Assembly (NCBI GenBank): GCA_964016885.1 | Contig: OZ024740.1 | Span: 423,522,001-423,586,000 of the forward strand | DNA from: Eledone cirrhosa | Taxonomy: Eukaryota | Length of the DNA: 64,000 nt | Direction: 5' to 3' | Part shown: one piece after another, positions 14,465-28,230 of the stretch | How the letters are laid out: every line of letters begins with the position of its first letter | Position numbering within the stretch: position 1 is the stretch's first letter | Program-made: the position numbers and the translations under genes | The notes under the pieces: model-generated | Told to the model about the DNA's origin: nothing | Seen by the model: only the letters and a program-made list of their open reading frames with translations | Databases searched by the model: none

Positions 14465-17400
14465 TGTGACCTCTCTGGGGATTGGGGAACTGTGACCTCT
14501 CTGGGGATTGGGGAACTGTGACCTCTCTGGGGATTGGGGAATTGTGGTTCTCTGGGGATTGGGGAATTGTGACCTCCGTGGGGATTGGGGAATTGTGACT
14601 TCTCTGGGGATTGGGGAATTGTGACTTCTCTGGGGATTGGGGAATTGTGACTTCTCTGGGGATTGGGGAATTGTGACCTCTCTGGGGATTGGGGAATTGT
14701 GACCTCTCTGGGGATCGGGGAATTGTGACCTCCGTGGGGATTGGGGAATTGTGACCTCTCTGGGGATTGGGGAATTGTGACCTCTCTGGGGATTGGGGAA
14801 TTGTGACCTCTCTGGGGATTGGGGAATTGTGACCTCTCTGGGGATTGGGGAATTGTGACCTCCCTGGGGATTGGGGAACTGTGACCTCCCTGGGGATTGG
14901 GGAATTGTGTCCTCCCTGGGGATTGGGGAATTGTGACCTCTCTGGGAATTGGGGAACTGTGACCACTCTCGGGATTGGGGAATTGTGACCTCTCTGGGGA
15001 TTGGGGAACTGTGACCTCTCTGGGAATTGGGGAACTGTGACCACTCTCGGGATTGGGGAATTGTGACCTCTCTGGGGATTGGGGAACTGTGACCTCCCTG
15101 GGGATTGGGGAACTGTGACCTCCCTGGGGATTGGGGAACTGTGACCTCCCTGGGGATTGGGGAATTGTGTCCTCCCTGGGGATTGGGGAATTGTGACCTC
15201 TCTGGAAATTGGGGAACTGTGACCTCTCTGGGGATTGGGGAACTGTGACCTCTCTGGGGATTGGGGAATTGTGACCTCTCTGGGGATTGGGGAACTGTGA
15301 CCTCTCTGGGGATTTGGGAATTGTGACCTCCGTGGGGATTGGGGAACTGTGACCTACCTGGGGATTTGGGAATTGTGACCTCCGTGGGGATTGGGGCACT
15401 GTGACCTCTCTGGGGATTGGGGAATTGTGACCTCTCTGGGAATTGGGCAACTGTGACCTCCCTGGGGATTGGGGAACTGTGACCTCTCTGGGGATTGGGG
15501 AATTGTGACCTCCCTGGGGAATGGGGAACTGTGACCTCCGGGGGATTGGGGAATTGTGACCTCCCTGGGGATTGGGGAATTGTGACCTCTCTGGGGATTG
15601 GGAAACTGTGACCTCTCTGGGGATTGGGGAACTGTGACATCTCTGGGTATTGGGGAATTGTGACCTCTCTCGGGATTGGGGAACTTTGACCTCCCTGAGG
15701 AACTGTGACCTCCGTGGGGATTGGGCAACTGTGACCTCTCTGGGGATTGGGGCACTGTGACCTCTCTGGGGATTGGGAAACTGTGATGTCCCTGGGTATT
15801 GGGGAATTGTGACCTCCCTGGGGATTGGGGAACTGTGACCTCTCTGGGGATTGGGGAACTGTGACCTCTCTGGGGATTGGGGAACTGTGACCTCTCTGGG
15901 GATTGGGAAACTGTGACCTCTCTGGGGATTGGGGAACTGTGACCTCTCTGGGGATTGGGAAACTGTGACCTCTCTGGGGATTGCGGAACTGTGACCTCTC
16001 TGGGGATTGGGGAACTGTGACCTCTCTGGGGATTGGGGAACTGTGACCTCTCTGGGGATTGGGGAACTGTGATATCCCTGGGGATTGGGGAACTGTGACC
16101 TCTCTGGGAATTGGGGAACTGTGACCTCTCTGGGGATTGGGGAATTGTGACCTCTCTGGGGATTGGGGAACTGTGACCTCTCTGGGGATTGGGGAACTGT
16201 GACCTCTCTGGGGATTGGGGAACTGTGACCTCTCTGGGGATTGGGGAACTGTGACCTCTCTGGGGATTGGGAAACTGTGACCTCTCTGGGGATTGGGGAA
16301 CTGTGACGTCTCTGGTGATTGGGCAACTGTGACCTCTCTGGGGATTGGGGAACTGTGACCTCCGGGGGATTGGGGAACTGTGACCTCCGGGGGATTACGG
16401 AATTGTGACCTCCCTGGGGATTGGGGAACTGTGACCTCTCTGGGGATTGGGGAACTGTGACCTCTCTGGGGATTGGGGAACTGTGACCTCTCTGGGGATT
16501 GAAGAATTGTGACCTCCGGGAAATTTGGGAAGTGTGACCTCCCTGGGGATTGGGGAATTGTGACCTCCGGGGCATTGTGGAACTATGACCTCCCTGGGGA
16601 TGGGGGAATTGTGACCTCTCTGGGGATTGGGGAACTGTGACCTCCGGGGGATTACGGAATTGTGACCTCCCTGGGGATTGGGGAACTGTGACCTCTCTGG
16701 GGATTGGGGAACTGTGACCTCTCTGGGGATTGGGGAATTGTGTCCTCCCTGGGGATTTGGGAACTGTGACCTCTCTGGGGATTGGGGAACTGTGACCTCC
16801 CTGGAGATTGGGGAATTGTGACCTCCGGGGCATTGTGGAACTGTGACCTCCTGGGGATTGGGGAATTGTGACCTCCGTGGGGTTTGGGGAACTGTGACCT
16901 ACCTGGGGATTGGGGAATTGTGACCTCTCTGGGGATTGGAGCACTGTGACCTCTCTGGGGATTGGGGAATTGTGACCTCTCTGGGGATTGGGCAACTGTG
17001 ACCTCCCTGGGGATTGGGGAACTGTGACCTCTCTGGGGATTGGGAAACTGTGACCTCTCTGGGGATTGGGGAACTGTGACCTCCGGGGGATTGGGGAATT
17101 GTGACCTCTCTCGGGATTGGGGAACTTTGACATCCCTGGGGAACTGTGACCTCCGTGGGGATTGGGCAACTGTGACCTCTCTGGGGATTGGGGAACTGTG
17201 ACCTCTCTGGGGATTGGGGAACTGTGACCACTCTCGGGATTGGGAAATTGTGACCTCTCTGGGGATTGGGGAACTGTGACCTCTCTGGGGATTGGGGAAT
17301 TGTGACCTCTCTGGGGATTGGGGAATTGTGACCTCTCTGGGGATTGGGGAACTGTGATGTCCCTGGGATTGAGGAACTGTGACCTCCGTGGGGATTGGGG

Positions 17401-20400
17401 AACTGTGACCTCTCTGGGGATTGGGGAACTGTGATGTCCCTGGGGATTTGGAGAACTGTGACCTCTCTGGGAATTGGGGAACTGTGACCACTCTCGGGAT
17501 TGGGAAATTGTGACCTCTCTGGGGATTGGGAAATTACGACCTCTCTGGGGATTGGGGAACTGTGACCTCTCTGGGGATTGGGGAATTGTGACCTCTCTGG
17601 GGATTGGGGAACTGTGACCTCACTGGGGATTGGCGAACTGTGACCTCTCTGGGGATTACGGAATTGTGACCTCCCTGGGGATTGGGGAACTGTGACCTCT
17701 CTGGGGATTGGGGAACTGTGACCTCTCTGGGGATTGGGGAATTGTGACCTCTCTGGGGATTGGGGAACTGTGACCTCTCTGGGGATTTGGGAATTGTGAC
17801 CTCCGTGGGAATTGGGGAACTGTGACCTACCTGGGGATTGGGGAATTGTGACCTCCGTGGGGATTGGGGCACTGTGACCTCTCTGGGGATTGGGGAATTG
17901 TGACCTCTCTGGGGATTGGGCAACTGTGAACTCCCTGGGGATTGGGGAACTGTGACCTCTCTGGGGATTGGGGAATTGTGACCTCACTGAGGATTGGGGA
18001 ACTGTGACCTCCGGGGGATTGGGGAATTGTGACCTCACTGGGGATTGGAGAATTGTGACCTCTCTGGGGATTGGGAAACTGTGACCTCTCTGGGGATTGG
18101 GGGACTGTGACCTCTCTGGGGATTGGGGAACTGTGACCTCTCTGGGGATTGGGAAATTATGACCTCTCTGGGGATTGGGGAACTGTGACCTTCGGGGGAT
18201 TACGGAATTATGACCTCCCTGGGGATTGGGAAACTGTGACCTCTCTGGGGATTGGGGAACAATGACCTCTCTGGGGATTACGGAATTGGGAATTCCCTGT
18301 GGATTGGGGAACTGTAACCTCTCTGGAAATTGGGGAACTGTGACCTCTCTGGGGATTGGGGAACTGTGACCTCTCTGGGGATTGGGGAATTGTGACCTCT
18401 CTGGGGATTGGGGAACTGTGACCTCTCTGGGGATTTGGGAATTGTGACCTCCGTGGGAATTGGGGAACTGTGACCTACCTGGGGATTGGGGAATTGTGAC
18501 CTCCGTGGGGATTGGGGCACTGTGACCTCTCTGGGGATTGGGGAATTGTGACCTCTCTGGGGATTGGGCAACTGTGAACTCCCTGGGGATTGGGGAACTG
18601 TGACCTCTCTGGGGATTGGGGAATTGTGACCTCCCTGAGGATTGGGGAACTGTGACCTCCGGGGGATTGGGGAATTGTGACCTCTCTGGGGATTGGAGAA
18701 TTGTGACCTCTCTGGGGATTGGGAAACTGTGACCTCTCTGGGGATTGGGGAACTGTGACCTCCGGGAGATTGTGGAATTGTGACCCTCCTGGGGATTGAG
18801 AATTGTGACCTCTCTGGGGATTGGGAAACTGTGACCTCCCTGGGGATTGGGGAACTGTGACCTCCGAAGGATTGGGGAATTGTGACCTCCCTGGGGATTG
18901 GGGAATTGTGACCTCTCTGGGGCTTGGGAAACTGTGACCTCTCTGGGGATTGGGGAACTGTGACCTCCCTGAAGAACTGTGACCGCCGTGGGGATTGGGC
19001 AACTGTGACCTCTCTGGGGATTGGGGAACTGTGATGTCCCTGGGGATTGGGGAATTGTGACCTCTCTGGGGATTGGGCAACTGTGACCTCTCTGGGGATT
19101 GGGGAACTGTGACCTCTCTGGGGATTGGGCAACTGTGACCTCTCTGGGGATTGGGAAACTGTGACCTCTCTGGGGATTGGGGAACTGTGACCTCCGTGGG
19201 GATTGGGGAACTGTGATGTCCCTGGGGATTGGGGAATTGTGACCTCTCTGGGGATTGGGGAACTGTGACCTCTCTGGGGATTGGGCAACTGTGACCTCCG
19301 TGGGGATTGGGAAACTGTGACCTCTCTGGGGATTGGGGAACTGTGACCTCTCTGGGGATTGGGGAATTGTGACCTCTCTCGGGATTGGGGAACTTTGACC
19401 TCCCTGAGGAACTGTGACGGCCGTGGGGATTGGGCAACTGTGACCTCTCTGGAGATTGGGGAACTGTGATGTCCCTGGGGATTGGGGAATTGTGACCTCT
19501 CTGGGGATTGGGGAACTGTGACCTCTCTGGGGATTGGGCAACTGTGACCTCTCTGGGGATTGGGGTACTGTGACCTCTCTGGGGATTGGGGAACTGTGAT
19601 GTCCCTGGGGATTGAGGAACTGTGACCTCCGTGGGGATTGGGGAACTGTGACCGCCGTGGGGGTTGGGCAACTGTGACCTCTCTGGGGATTGGGGAACTG
19701 TGATGTCCCTGGGGATTGGGGAACTGTGACCTCTCTGGGGATTGGGGAACTGTGACCTCTCTGGGGATTGGGGAACTGTGACCTCTCTGGGGATTGGGAA
19801 CTGTGACCTCTCTGGGGATTGGGGAACTGTGATGTCCCTGGGGATTGAGGAACTGTGACCTCTCTGGGGATTGGGGAACTGTGACCTCTCTGGGGATTGG
19901 TGAACTGTGACCTCTCTGGGGATTGGGGAACTGTGACCTCTCTGGGGATTGGGGAACTGAGACCTCTCTGGGGATTGGGGAACTGTGCTGTCCCTGGGGA
20001 TTGAGGAACTGTGACCTCTCTGGGGATTGGGGAACTGTGACCTCTCTGGGGATTGGGCAACTGTGACCTCTCTGGGGATTGGGGAATTGTGACCTCTCTG
20101 GGGATTGGGGAACTGTGATGTCCCTGGGGATTGAGGAACTGTGACCTCCGTGGGGATTGGGGAACTGTGACCGCCGTGTGGGTTGGGCAACTGTGACCTC
20201 TCTGGGGATTGGGCAACTGTGATGTCCCTGGGGATTGGGGAACTGTGACCTCTCTGGGGATTGGGCAACTGTGACCTCCGGCGGATTACGGAATTGTGAC
20301 CTCCCTTGGGATTGGGGAACTGTGACCTCTCTGGGGATTGGGGAATTGTGACCTCTCTGGGGATTGGGGAACTGTGACCTCTCTGGGGATTGGGGAACTG

Positions 20401-21648
20401 TGACCTCTCTGGAGATTGGGGAACTGTGAATTCCCTGGGGATTGGGGAACTGTGACCTCTCTGGGGATTGATGAACTGTGACCTCTCTGGGGCTTGGGAA
20501 ACTGTGACCTCTCTGGAGATTGGGGAACTGTGACCTCTCTGGGGATTGGGGAACTGTGACCTCTCTGGGGATTGGGGAATTGTGACCTCTCTGGGGATTT
20601 GGGAACTGTGACCTCTCTGGGGATTGGGGAATTGTGACCTCCGGGGGATTGGGGAACTGTGACCTCCCTGGGGATTGGGGAATTGTGACCTCCGTGGCAT
20701 TGTGAAACTGTGACCTCCCTGGGGATTGGGGAATTGTGACCTCCGTGGGGATTGGGGAACTGTGACCTACCTGGGGATCGGGGAATTGTGACCTCCGTGG
20801 GGATTGGGGCACTGTGACCTCTCTGGGGAAATTATGACCTCTCTGGTGATTGGGGAATTGTGACCTCTCTGGGGATTGGGGAACTGTGACCTCCGGGGGA
20901 TTACGGAATTGTGACCTCCCTGGGGATTGGGCAACTGTGAATTCCCTGGGGATTGGGGAACTGTGACCTCTCTGGGGATTGGGGAATTGTGACCTCCCTG
21001 GGGATTGGGGTACTGTGACCTCCGGGGGATTGTGGAATTGTGACCTCTCTGGGGTTTGGGAAACTGTGACTTCTCTGGAGATTGGGGAACTGTGACCTCC
21101 GGGGGATTGGGGAATTGTGACCTCTGGGGGATTGGGACCACTCTGGGGATTGGGGAATTGTGACTTCTCTCGGGATTGGGGAATTGTGACCTCCCTGGGG
21201 ATTGGGGAACTGTGAACTCTCTCGGGATTGGGGACTTTGACCTCTTTGGGGAACTGTGACCTCTCTGGGGATTGGGGAATTGTCACCTCCCTGGGGATTG
21301 GGGAACTGTGACCACTTTGGGTTATTGGGGAACCGTGACCTCCGTGGGAATTGGGAAACTGTGACCTACCTGGGGATTGGGGAACCGTGACCTCTCTGGG
21401 GATTGGGGAATTGTGACCTCTCTGGGGATTGGGGAACTTTGACCTCCCTGGGGATTGGGGAACTGTGACCTCTCTGGGGATTGGGGAACTGTGACCTCTC
21501 TGGGGATTGGGAAACTGTGACCTCTCTGGGGATTGGGGAACTATGACCTCTCTGGGGATTGGGGAACTGTGACCTCTCTGGAGATTGGGGAACTGTGACC
21601 TCTTTGGGGATTGGGGAACTGTGACGTCCCTGGGATTGGGGATTTGAC
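14465..21648. repeat. 26-bp G-rich minisatellite, ~275 copies (TGTGACCTCTCTGGGGATTGGGGAAY)
   Basis: Periodicity seen directly; many substitution and 25-bp variants. Confidence 0.98.
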
Positions 21649-21713
21649 AAACTCCTGTTTTTCATTTAACAGAAACAAAGATTTATAACAGTTATTTATT
21701 TAGTTTATTTAGC

Positions 21714-21895
21714 GAAGGCGTGTGGCTGAGTGGTTAGAGAATTGGATTCACAATCTTGAGGTTGTGAGTTCGATTCCTGGACACTTTATTTCGTGTTGCT
21801 CCTTCTACATGGAATTGCAGCCGATAGATAGTACTAGCAACTGGAAAGATCAACAAAACATTGTTTCCTCGGTCCGACTTGACGAAAGTAGATCG
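21714..21895 (+). mobile_element. tRNA-derived SINE (head plus partial body)
   Basis: A-box TGGCTGAGTGG, B-box GAGTTCGATTCC, followed by ACACTTTATTT as in the other SINEs. Confidence 0.65.
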
Positions 21896-21977
21896 ATCCT
21901 TTTTTTTTTTTTTATTTAGTTATTTTGAATATCTTTGGCTATCTTACATGACCTGTAAAAGTATTACTACTGTTTAT

Positions 21978-22120
21978 GTCATCGTCATCAGCACCACCAC
22001 CATCATCATCATCACGAGCACCAGCATCATCATCATCATCACCAGCACCAACACCACCATCATCGTCACCACCATCACCACCACCACCATCACTACCACC
22101 ACCACCACCACCACCACCAC
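21978..22120. repeat. (CAT)n/(CAC)n compound repeat
   Basis: Seen directly. Confidence 0.9.
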
Positions 22121-23562
22121 TTTCTTAAAATCTGATTTTAAATGAGATTTTGCAGAGATACATTTTCAAAAATGTAGATCACGATTATGCAAATGAAATT
22201 AAAACAACAACAACAACAACAACAACAACATAGTTCTATCATTTGCCTCTACTTCCGATCGTTAATGTTTCCATTACTGAATATATTTGATCTGTATTTG
22301 TAATTAGGTTAAACACTAGGTAACAGTGGTCATATTTGTTGCTGCTGTGTTAACGGTGATGTGCGACGAAAGATCAAAGACATAACACGGCAATACAACA
22401 TGGCTGTCGAAAGTTTTTCACTTTGATGAAACGTTTTTTTGGCAACGTCTCACACTTCACTAGACTTAGTTTATTTGATTTCCTTTATACAAACAGAATT
22501 ATGAGCAGTAAAATGTATTTAAGCTAGCATTTTAAATTGAAGTCATAACAAGGTTATATGCGTTAGAAGCAGTGAATTAAACCCATTTGATATTTTAAAG
22601 ATTATTTTAAATAGATCGGGCGAAAATTTGTTAGCTCAAGTGAGGTTATTAGAAGAGTAGATGAAAGGTTGTGTGGAAATTTGTCAGCCAGAGTCGTGGA
22701 TTTCGGTCTGAGCAAATATTGGGAATAGCGTTGTCAGATATTGGTTGGAAATAGATAAACCTCACGGTTGCGGTGGGATCATCTCAAGTTACCTAAGTCC
22801 GGGAGTTGCCATTGATCATTGATATATATATACATTGTAGTAAAAGGCAGGTAAATATATCCGAGGTATAGAGAAACTCAAGCTTGTAGTTTGAATATAA
22901 TCATTAAGGCCAGTTACTATAACGGCGCTATAGCAGATACGTACGTTTCGTTAGACCTGAGGACCAGCTTGTTCAACATGTGTCGATGAAAATGAACCGG
23001 AAAATGTTTAATTAAAAAGGAAATACAGAACAATAGGGAAAGAGAGAAGAGCCCTCAAACAAGGGCAGATAATCTGAATGGTCTTGGGGAAAACGCGAAC
23101 AAACGCTAAATTAGCTAATATATATGAGGGGGGCTAGAAAGAAACCAATAAATTAAGAATGATTTTTGGGGGAAACACATAAATCAACATTAATGAGGTC
23201 AGTTCTTAAAAAGGTATTTGGAAACGTGAGAACATCGCGAGAAGAACTCTGTACTTTTGTTTAGTTGCTTGTTATGTTGTGGAGATTTTTCAATATCCAC
23301 CATTTTCATCATTGCATAATTGTACTTGTCTTTGAGTTGCCATATTTTATTCGCCAAATTTATGGTTTTCATTTTTTTGTGGGGTATCTGAAGGTCGTTT
23401 TTAAATCATCTTTCTGACATGCCGACATATTTCCAGGATTTCTATTGATGGCGTTGATTCAGTTGAGAGACCCCAGCTTCATATATTATCACTGGAGTGC
23501 TGCATTGTTGATGCAGCGGGCATGATTCAGGTTTTTACAAGAACATTCATATACTTTGGGGC

Positions 23563-24418
23563 TTATACTAGCTACTTCCACAGCTATATATATACATATA
23601 TATATAATTAGTCCTTCATCAGTGATCTTCCAACTTTCATTGGTATTTCATCACTTTAAAAATCATAAACCTCTGGTTGGTGCGAACAATAACTCAATAA
23701 AGTTATTGGGACAAGTAAAATAGGGTGAAACGAGCGAGACATGTAAACAAACAACGATGGTATTGCAACGGAGAGATAGGAAGAGACAAGTACATGATAT
23801 CTATAAGCTTAAGCTTGGTGAATTCTTGGACGAGAGATACAGAGAGAGGGGAAGCAGTAAGAAAGAAACAGACTGCTTCCCCTCTCTCTCTGTATCTCTC
23901 ACCTTCTTTTTTACCCCCTCTGCCAGTCACACTCTCTCTCCTCTGGTCTCTTCCTCACACTTCCACTCACTCACTCTCTGCTTCTCCCCCTCTCTCATTT
24001 CCTCCCGTTTGATCTGTGTGAAATCCTTTTCTCGCTCACATCTCACCCATGTCGGATGGTCTGTATCTCTCGTCCATGAATTCACCAAGTTTAAGCTTAT
24101 AGATATCATGTATTTGTCTCTTCCTATCTTTCCGTTGCCATACCATCTTTGTTTGTTTACATGTCTCGCTCGCTTCACCCTATTTTACTTGTCCCAATAA
24201 CTTTATTTAGTTATTGCTCGCACGAACCAGAGGTATATAATTTTTAAAGCGATGAAATACCAATGAAGGTTGGAAGATCACTGATGAAGGACTAAATTTA
24301 TTCATATGTAACCCATGTGCAACCACGCAGCTCTTCATTTTTCTCATATATATATATGTATACACACACACACACACTAACACCCACATATATATAGCTG
24401 TAGAAGTAACTAGCATAA
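23563..24418. mobile_element. Inverted-repeat copy of a non-autonomous PLE-like family
   Basis: Arms ~23563-23843 and ~24059-24418 are reverse complements; 23870-24345 is homologous to 61440-61940; CTGATGA motif in both arms. Confidence 0.65.
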
Positions 24419-24718
24419 TTACTTTATCTAAATGGGGAATACAAATAAAAAACTAAAATGGCCACTTAGTAGTAACAATAAAGGAAATGAAAGAGTTTCC
24501 AGTAATATATAATGACAGGAGAGCGGAGAAGGTGTAAAAGAGTTGAGCTACTGAAATATAACAACAATAAAAACAATAATAAAAATAAATTAGTATTCCT
24601 GGATCAATGAAGAACAATGTTGACAATGAAATCAGTGACAAAAATAACAACAACAACAACACTGCAAACAAAAGATAGTTTTGTATTCGATTTTCAGTTG
24701 GTACTAGTCATACAAAAA

Positions 24719-24722
<4 letters not shown>

Positions 24723-24761
<39 letters not shown>

Positions 24762-24824
24762 ATATATATAAAGTATATATATCTATAAATATATATGTAT
24801 ATATATGTATATATAATGTATATT

Positions 24825-24884
<60 letters not shown>

Positions 24885-24953
24885 TATATAAATATATATA
24901 TTTAAATATATATATATAAATATATATATATAAATAAATATATATATATATAT

Positions 24954-24989
<36 letters not shown>

Positions 24990-25003
24990 GTATATATATA
25001 TAT
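24723..25003. repeat. (TA)n-rich microsatellite
   Basis: Seen directly. Confidence 0.95.
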
Positions 25004-25989
25004 TTGCATGAGTAGAAAACCCTTGTAATTTTTCAGTCCTGCCCACATTCAAAGTAATTTCAATACCCCTCATTGAAACAGCACCACAAGACTAAATGCA
25101 AATAGTCATTTGTTTATTTTGTTTTGTAATATATTCCAGTATATTTTAACTGTGCAGTAAAGTTCCAAAAATAGTTGCCTCCCCCCTTTTTTTTAAAAGG
25201 GGGTTCGTTTTGTCTCTTTTGTTTTGTAATCATATAATTTCAAGGTTTGATGGGTGGCAGACGTCTTAGACAGGTAGAGCAGGATTAATTGTTGTTTTTG
25301 TGTAGAATGTATTTACTGATGTTAGGGTGAGCAGAGTGGTGGGGCAGCAGGGGAATATTTTCATGTGTTTTTCTTATGTTTTATATATGGGGTTGGAATG
25401 AAGATTTTGAATGTGTGGAAATTGTAGAGGGTTCATAAAGGATCAAGTGATAAATTAGTAAGGTCAGTTAATTAGTTTACTGAGAGATATGGCAAGTTTG
25501 AGAAATGATGATCATGATAATTGTTGTAATGAAAATGTTGATTATGGAACATTGAACTCTCTCACATACACACTTACATATATTGGTATATATATATATA
25601 TAGATATATACCAATATATATATAGATATTTGTATATAATACATACATATACCAATATATATATATATAGATAGATATTTGTATATATATGAATAAAATA
25701 TATATATATATATATTTGTATATATATATATACTCATATAAATACTATATATATAAACATATACATATGAAAACAATTTATGTATATAAATACATGTATA
25801 TATTTATATATGCATGCATGTATATACATATATATACATGTATATACATATGTATATATATATATATCCATATATTCACACTACACTCACACTCGCATTC
25901 ACATCACACACACACACCACACACATTATTGAAATATAATTGTTAGAAGTAACAAAATATTATATAATACTTGAACCAAACAACTTAAT

Positions 25990-26400
25990 AATAATTGTTT
26001 CTACTATTGGCACAAGGCCAGCAATTACCCAGTACATTACTGGTACTTTATTTTATCGACTCCGTAAGGATGAAAGGCAAGGTTAACCTCGGCGGGATTT
26101 GAACTCAGAATGGCAAGGGCAGTAACTCTATGCGTCAAAGCATGGCGTCCGACCCTCTACCGATACTGCCAATTCACCGCCCTTTAATAATTATTCTACT
26201 ATAGGCACAAGGCCAGCAATTTAGGAGGAGAGGAAAGTCGATCAAATCGACCCCAGTGCATTACTGGTGCTTTATTTTATTGACCCTGTAAGGATGAAAG
26301 GCAAAGTTAACCTTGGCTGGATTTGAACTCATAACGTAAAGGGCCGTAACTCTATGCCGCGAAGCACGTGTCCAACGCTCTACCGATACTACCAAACCAC
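25990..26400 (-). mobile_element. Two adjacent SINE copies (family of 1201-1390)
   Basis: Two successive GGCACAAGGCCAGCAATT...TTTATTTTAT.GAC...GGATGAAAGGCAA...GATTTGAACTC units. Confidence 0.8.
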
Positions 26401-26401
26401 C

Positions 26402-26437
<36 letters not shown>

Positions 26438-27392
26438 TAGATTGTTTAGAATTTGAATTTGGAGCTTTTGCCCTTCACAGGACTTACCAAGATATATATA
26501 TAAGTTAAAACAATGAAATAAGAAATCAAGTCATTAGAGATATACTTCACTGCTTTACGATCGTTTCTAGATGGTGATAATACATTGTATCTATACTCAG
26601 TTATTGATCTATGTAAGTTTACTTACATGCATATCACCAGCTGTTTTCAAAAGCTGGTGATATGCATGTAAGTAAATATTCTCTCTATCTGATAGTTTGT
26701 AAACTTACATAGATCAATAACTGAGTATAGATACAATGTATTATCACCATCTAGAAACGATCGTAAAGCAGTGAAGTATATCTCTAATGACTTGATTTCT
26801 TATTTCATTGTTTTAACTTATATCATGACTCTGTTTTCCTTTTAATGTTTTATTGTTTTCTGAGAATTATCTTAATCTACAACATTTTCAACATATGGAT
26901 TACATTGAGTTCTTCATACAGAATAGACTCCACAACTTACAGTGGATATCTCTGTGTATATATTTATTATAAAGAAGTGAGAGACGTTTTTAAATGTACA
27001 TCATCTGTTTATTATATAATTCTATTATAAGTATTTCGAAAGATGTCAAAGTGATTGCATAATAACCCTTTTGTGTGTTCCCTTCAGACAGGTGCAAAGC
27101 ATATCAAAAACAAAAACACCACGCTTTGCACCTGTCTGAAGAGAACATGTCAAAGGGTTATTATGCAATCACTTTGATGTATTTGAAATACATATAACAG
27201 GATTATATAATAAACAGAGGATGTGCATTTAAAACTGTCTCTCTTCATTATGATATATGTACCAAGTTGTTGTTAAAATGGTATTGAAGCTGGAAGTTCT
27301 GTTTCAATACCATTTTAGCAGAAATATATTTTATAGGGTGATAAGTCCCACAATGGACGACAAACCCAGAAGATACAAATTTTAAACAATCT
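26438..27392. repeat. Nested fold-back (inverted repeat) cluster
   Basis: Perfect 125-bp arms 26498-26622/26699-26823; inner 25-bp hairpin; imperfect arms ~26975-27100/27123-27245; outer arms ~26438-26490/27340-27392. Confidence 0.85.
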
Positions 27393-27464
27393 TGTATCTA
27401 TGTATTGTTTGGTTTAAGTGATACATATATTAAATTATTTTGATAATAACACTTTATTAATATA

Positions 27465-27774
27465 TGTGCAAATATGTGTGTATATATATGTATGTATAGA
27501 GAGAGAGATTACATATTGATATGTGTGTGTTTATATATACATATATACACACGTACATCTATATGTTTGTATATATATATATATACATATAAATGTATAC
27601 ATATATACATACATATATATATATACATGCATATAAATGTATACATATTTACATACATATATATATATACATGCATATAAATGTATACATTTATACATAC
27701 ACACACATATATATATATGTGTGTATATATATATATATATACATACAACACACACACACACACACACACAAACG

Positions 27775-27831
<57 letters not shown>

Positions 27832-27875
27832 ATATATATACATACAACACACACACACACACATATATATATATG
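27465..27875. repeat. Compound TA/CA microsatellite
   Basis: Seen directly. Confidence 0.9.
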
Positions 27876-28230
27876 TGAAAATCTGTTGTCTAGCAATGAA
27901 AATCTTGTTTCTGTGGAAGAAGTTCAACAAGAATATGAAGAGAGAAACAAAACCATCAAAACCAATATGGGGATGATATTTTCCATGCAGTTCTTTCTCT
28001 CCAGTTCTTTCTCTTCTCTCCAGTTTGGTTTCGGGTATCTTGTTTTGTTTTTTACTTATATATTTCGTTTGTTTTTCAATTTAAGAAATGTCTTTTAATA
28101 ATTTTCAATCCCTCCCCTCCCCTTTGTCCCATTTATTTAGTCCATTATATATATATTTATATATATATATGTGTGTATTTGTATATATATATATATGTAT
28201 ATATGTATTGATTTTCCTATTTCAGTTTGT

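Noticed and set aside
14320-21665. ~1000-aa Pro/Ser/Gln-rich ORFs
   Set aside because: All three minus frames are open because the C-rich strand of the 26-bp unit lacks stops; frequent indel variants show no frame constraint
21714-21790. tRNA gene (also the heads at ~900, 56240 and 61230)
   Set aside because: A/B boxes run directly into SINE body sequence; no complete cloverleaf or Pol III terminator
23040-23240. Decayed Penelope ORF (KLRMIFGGNT resembling KLHKIFNRNT)
   Set aside because: Only a short motif with surrounding stops
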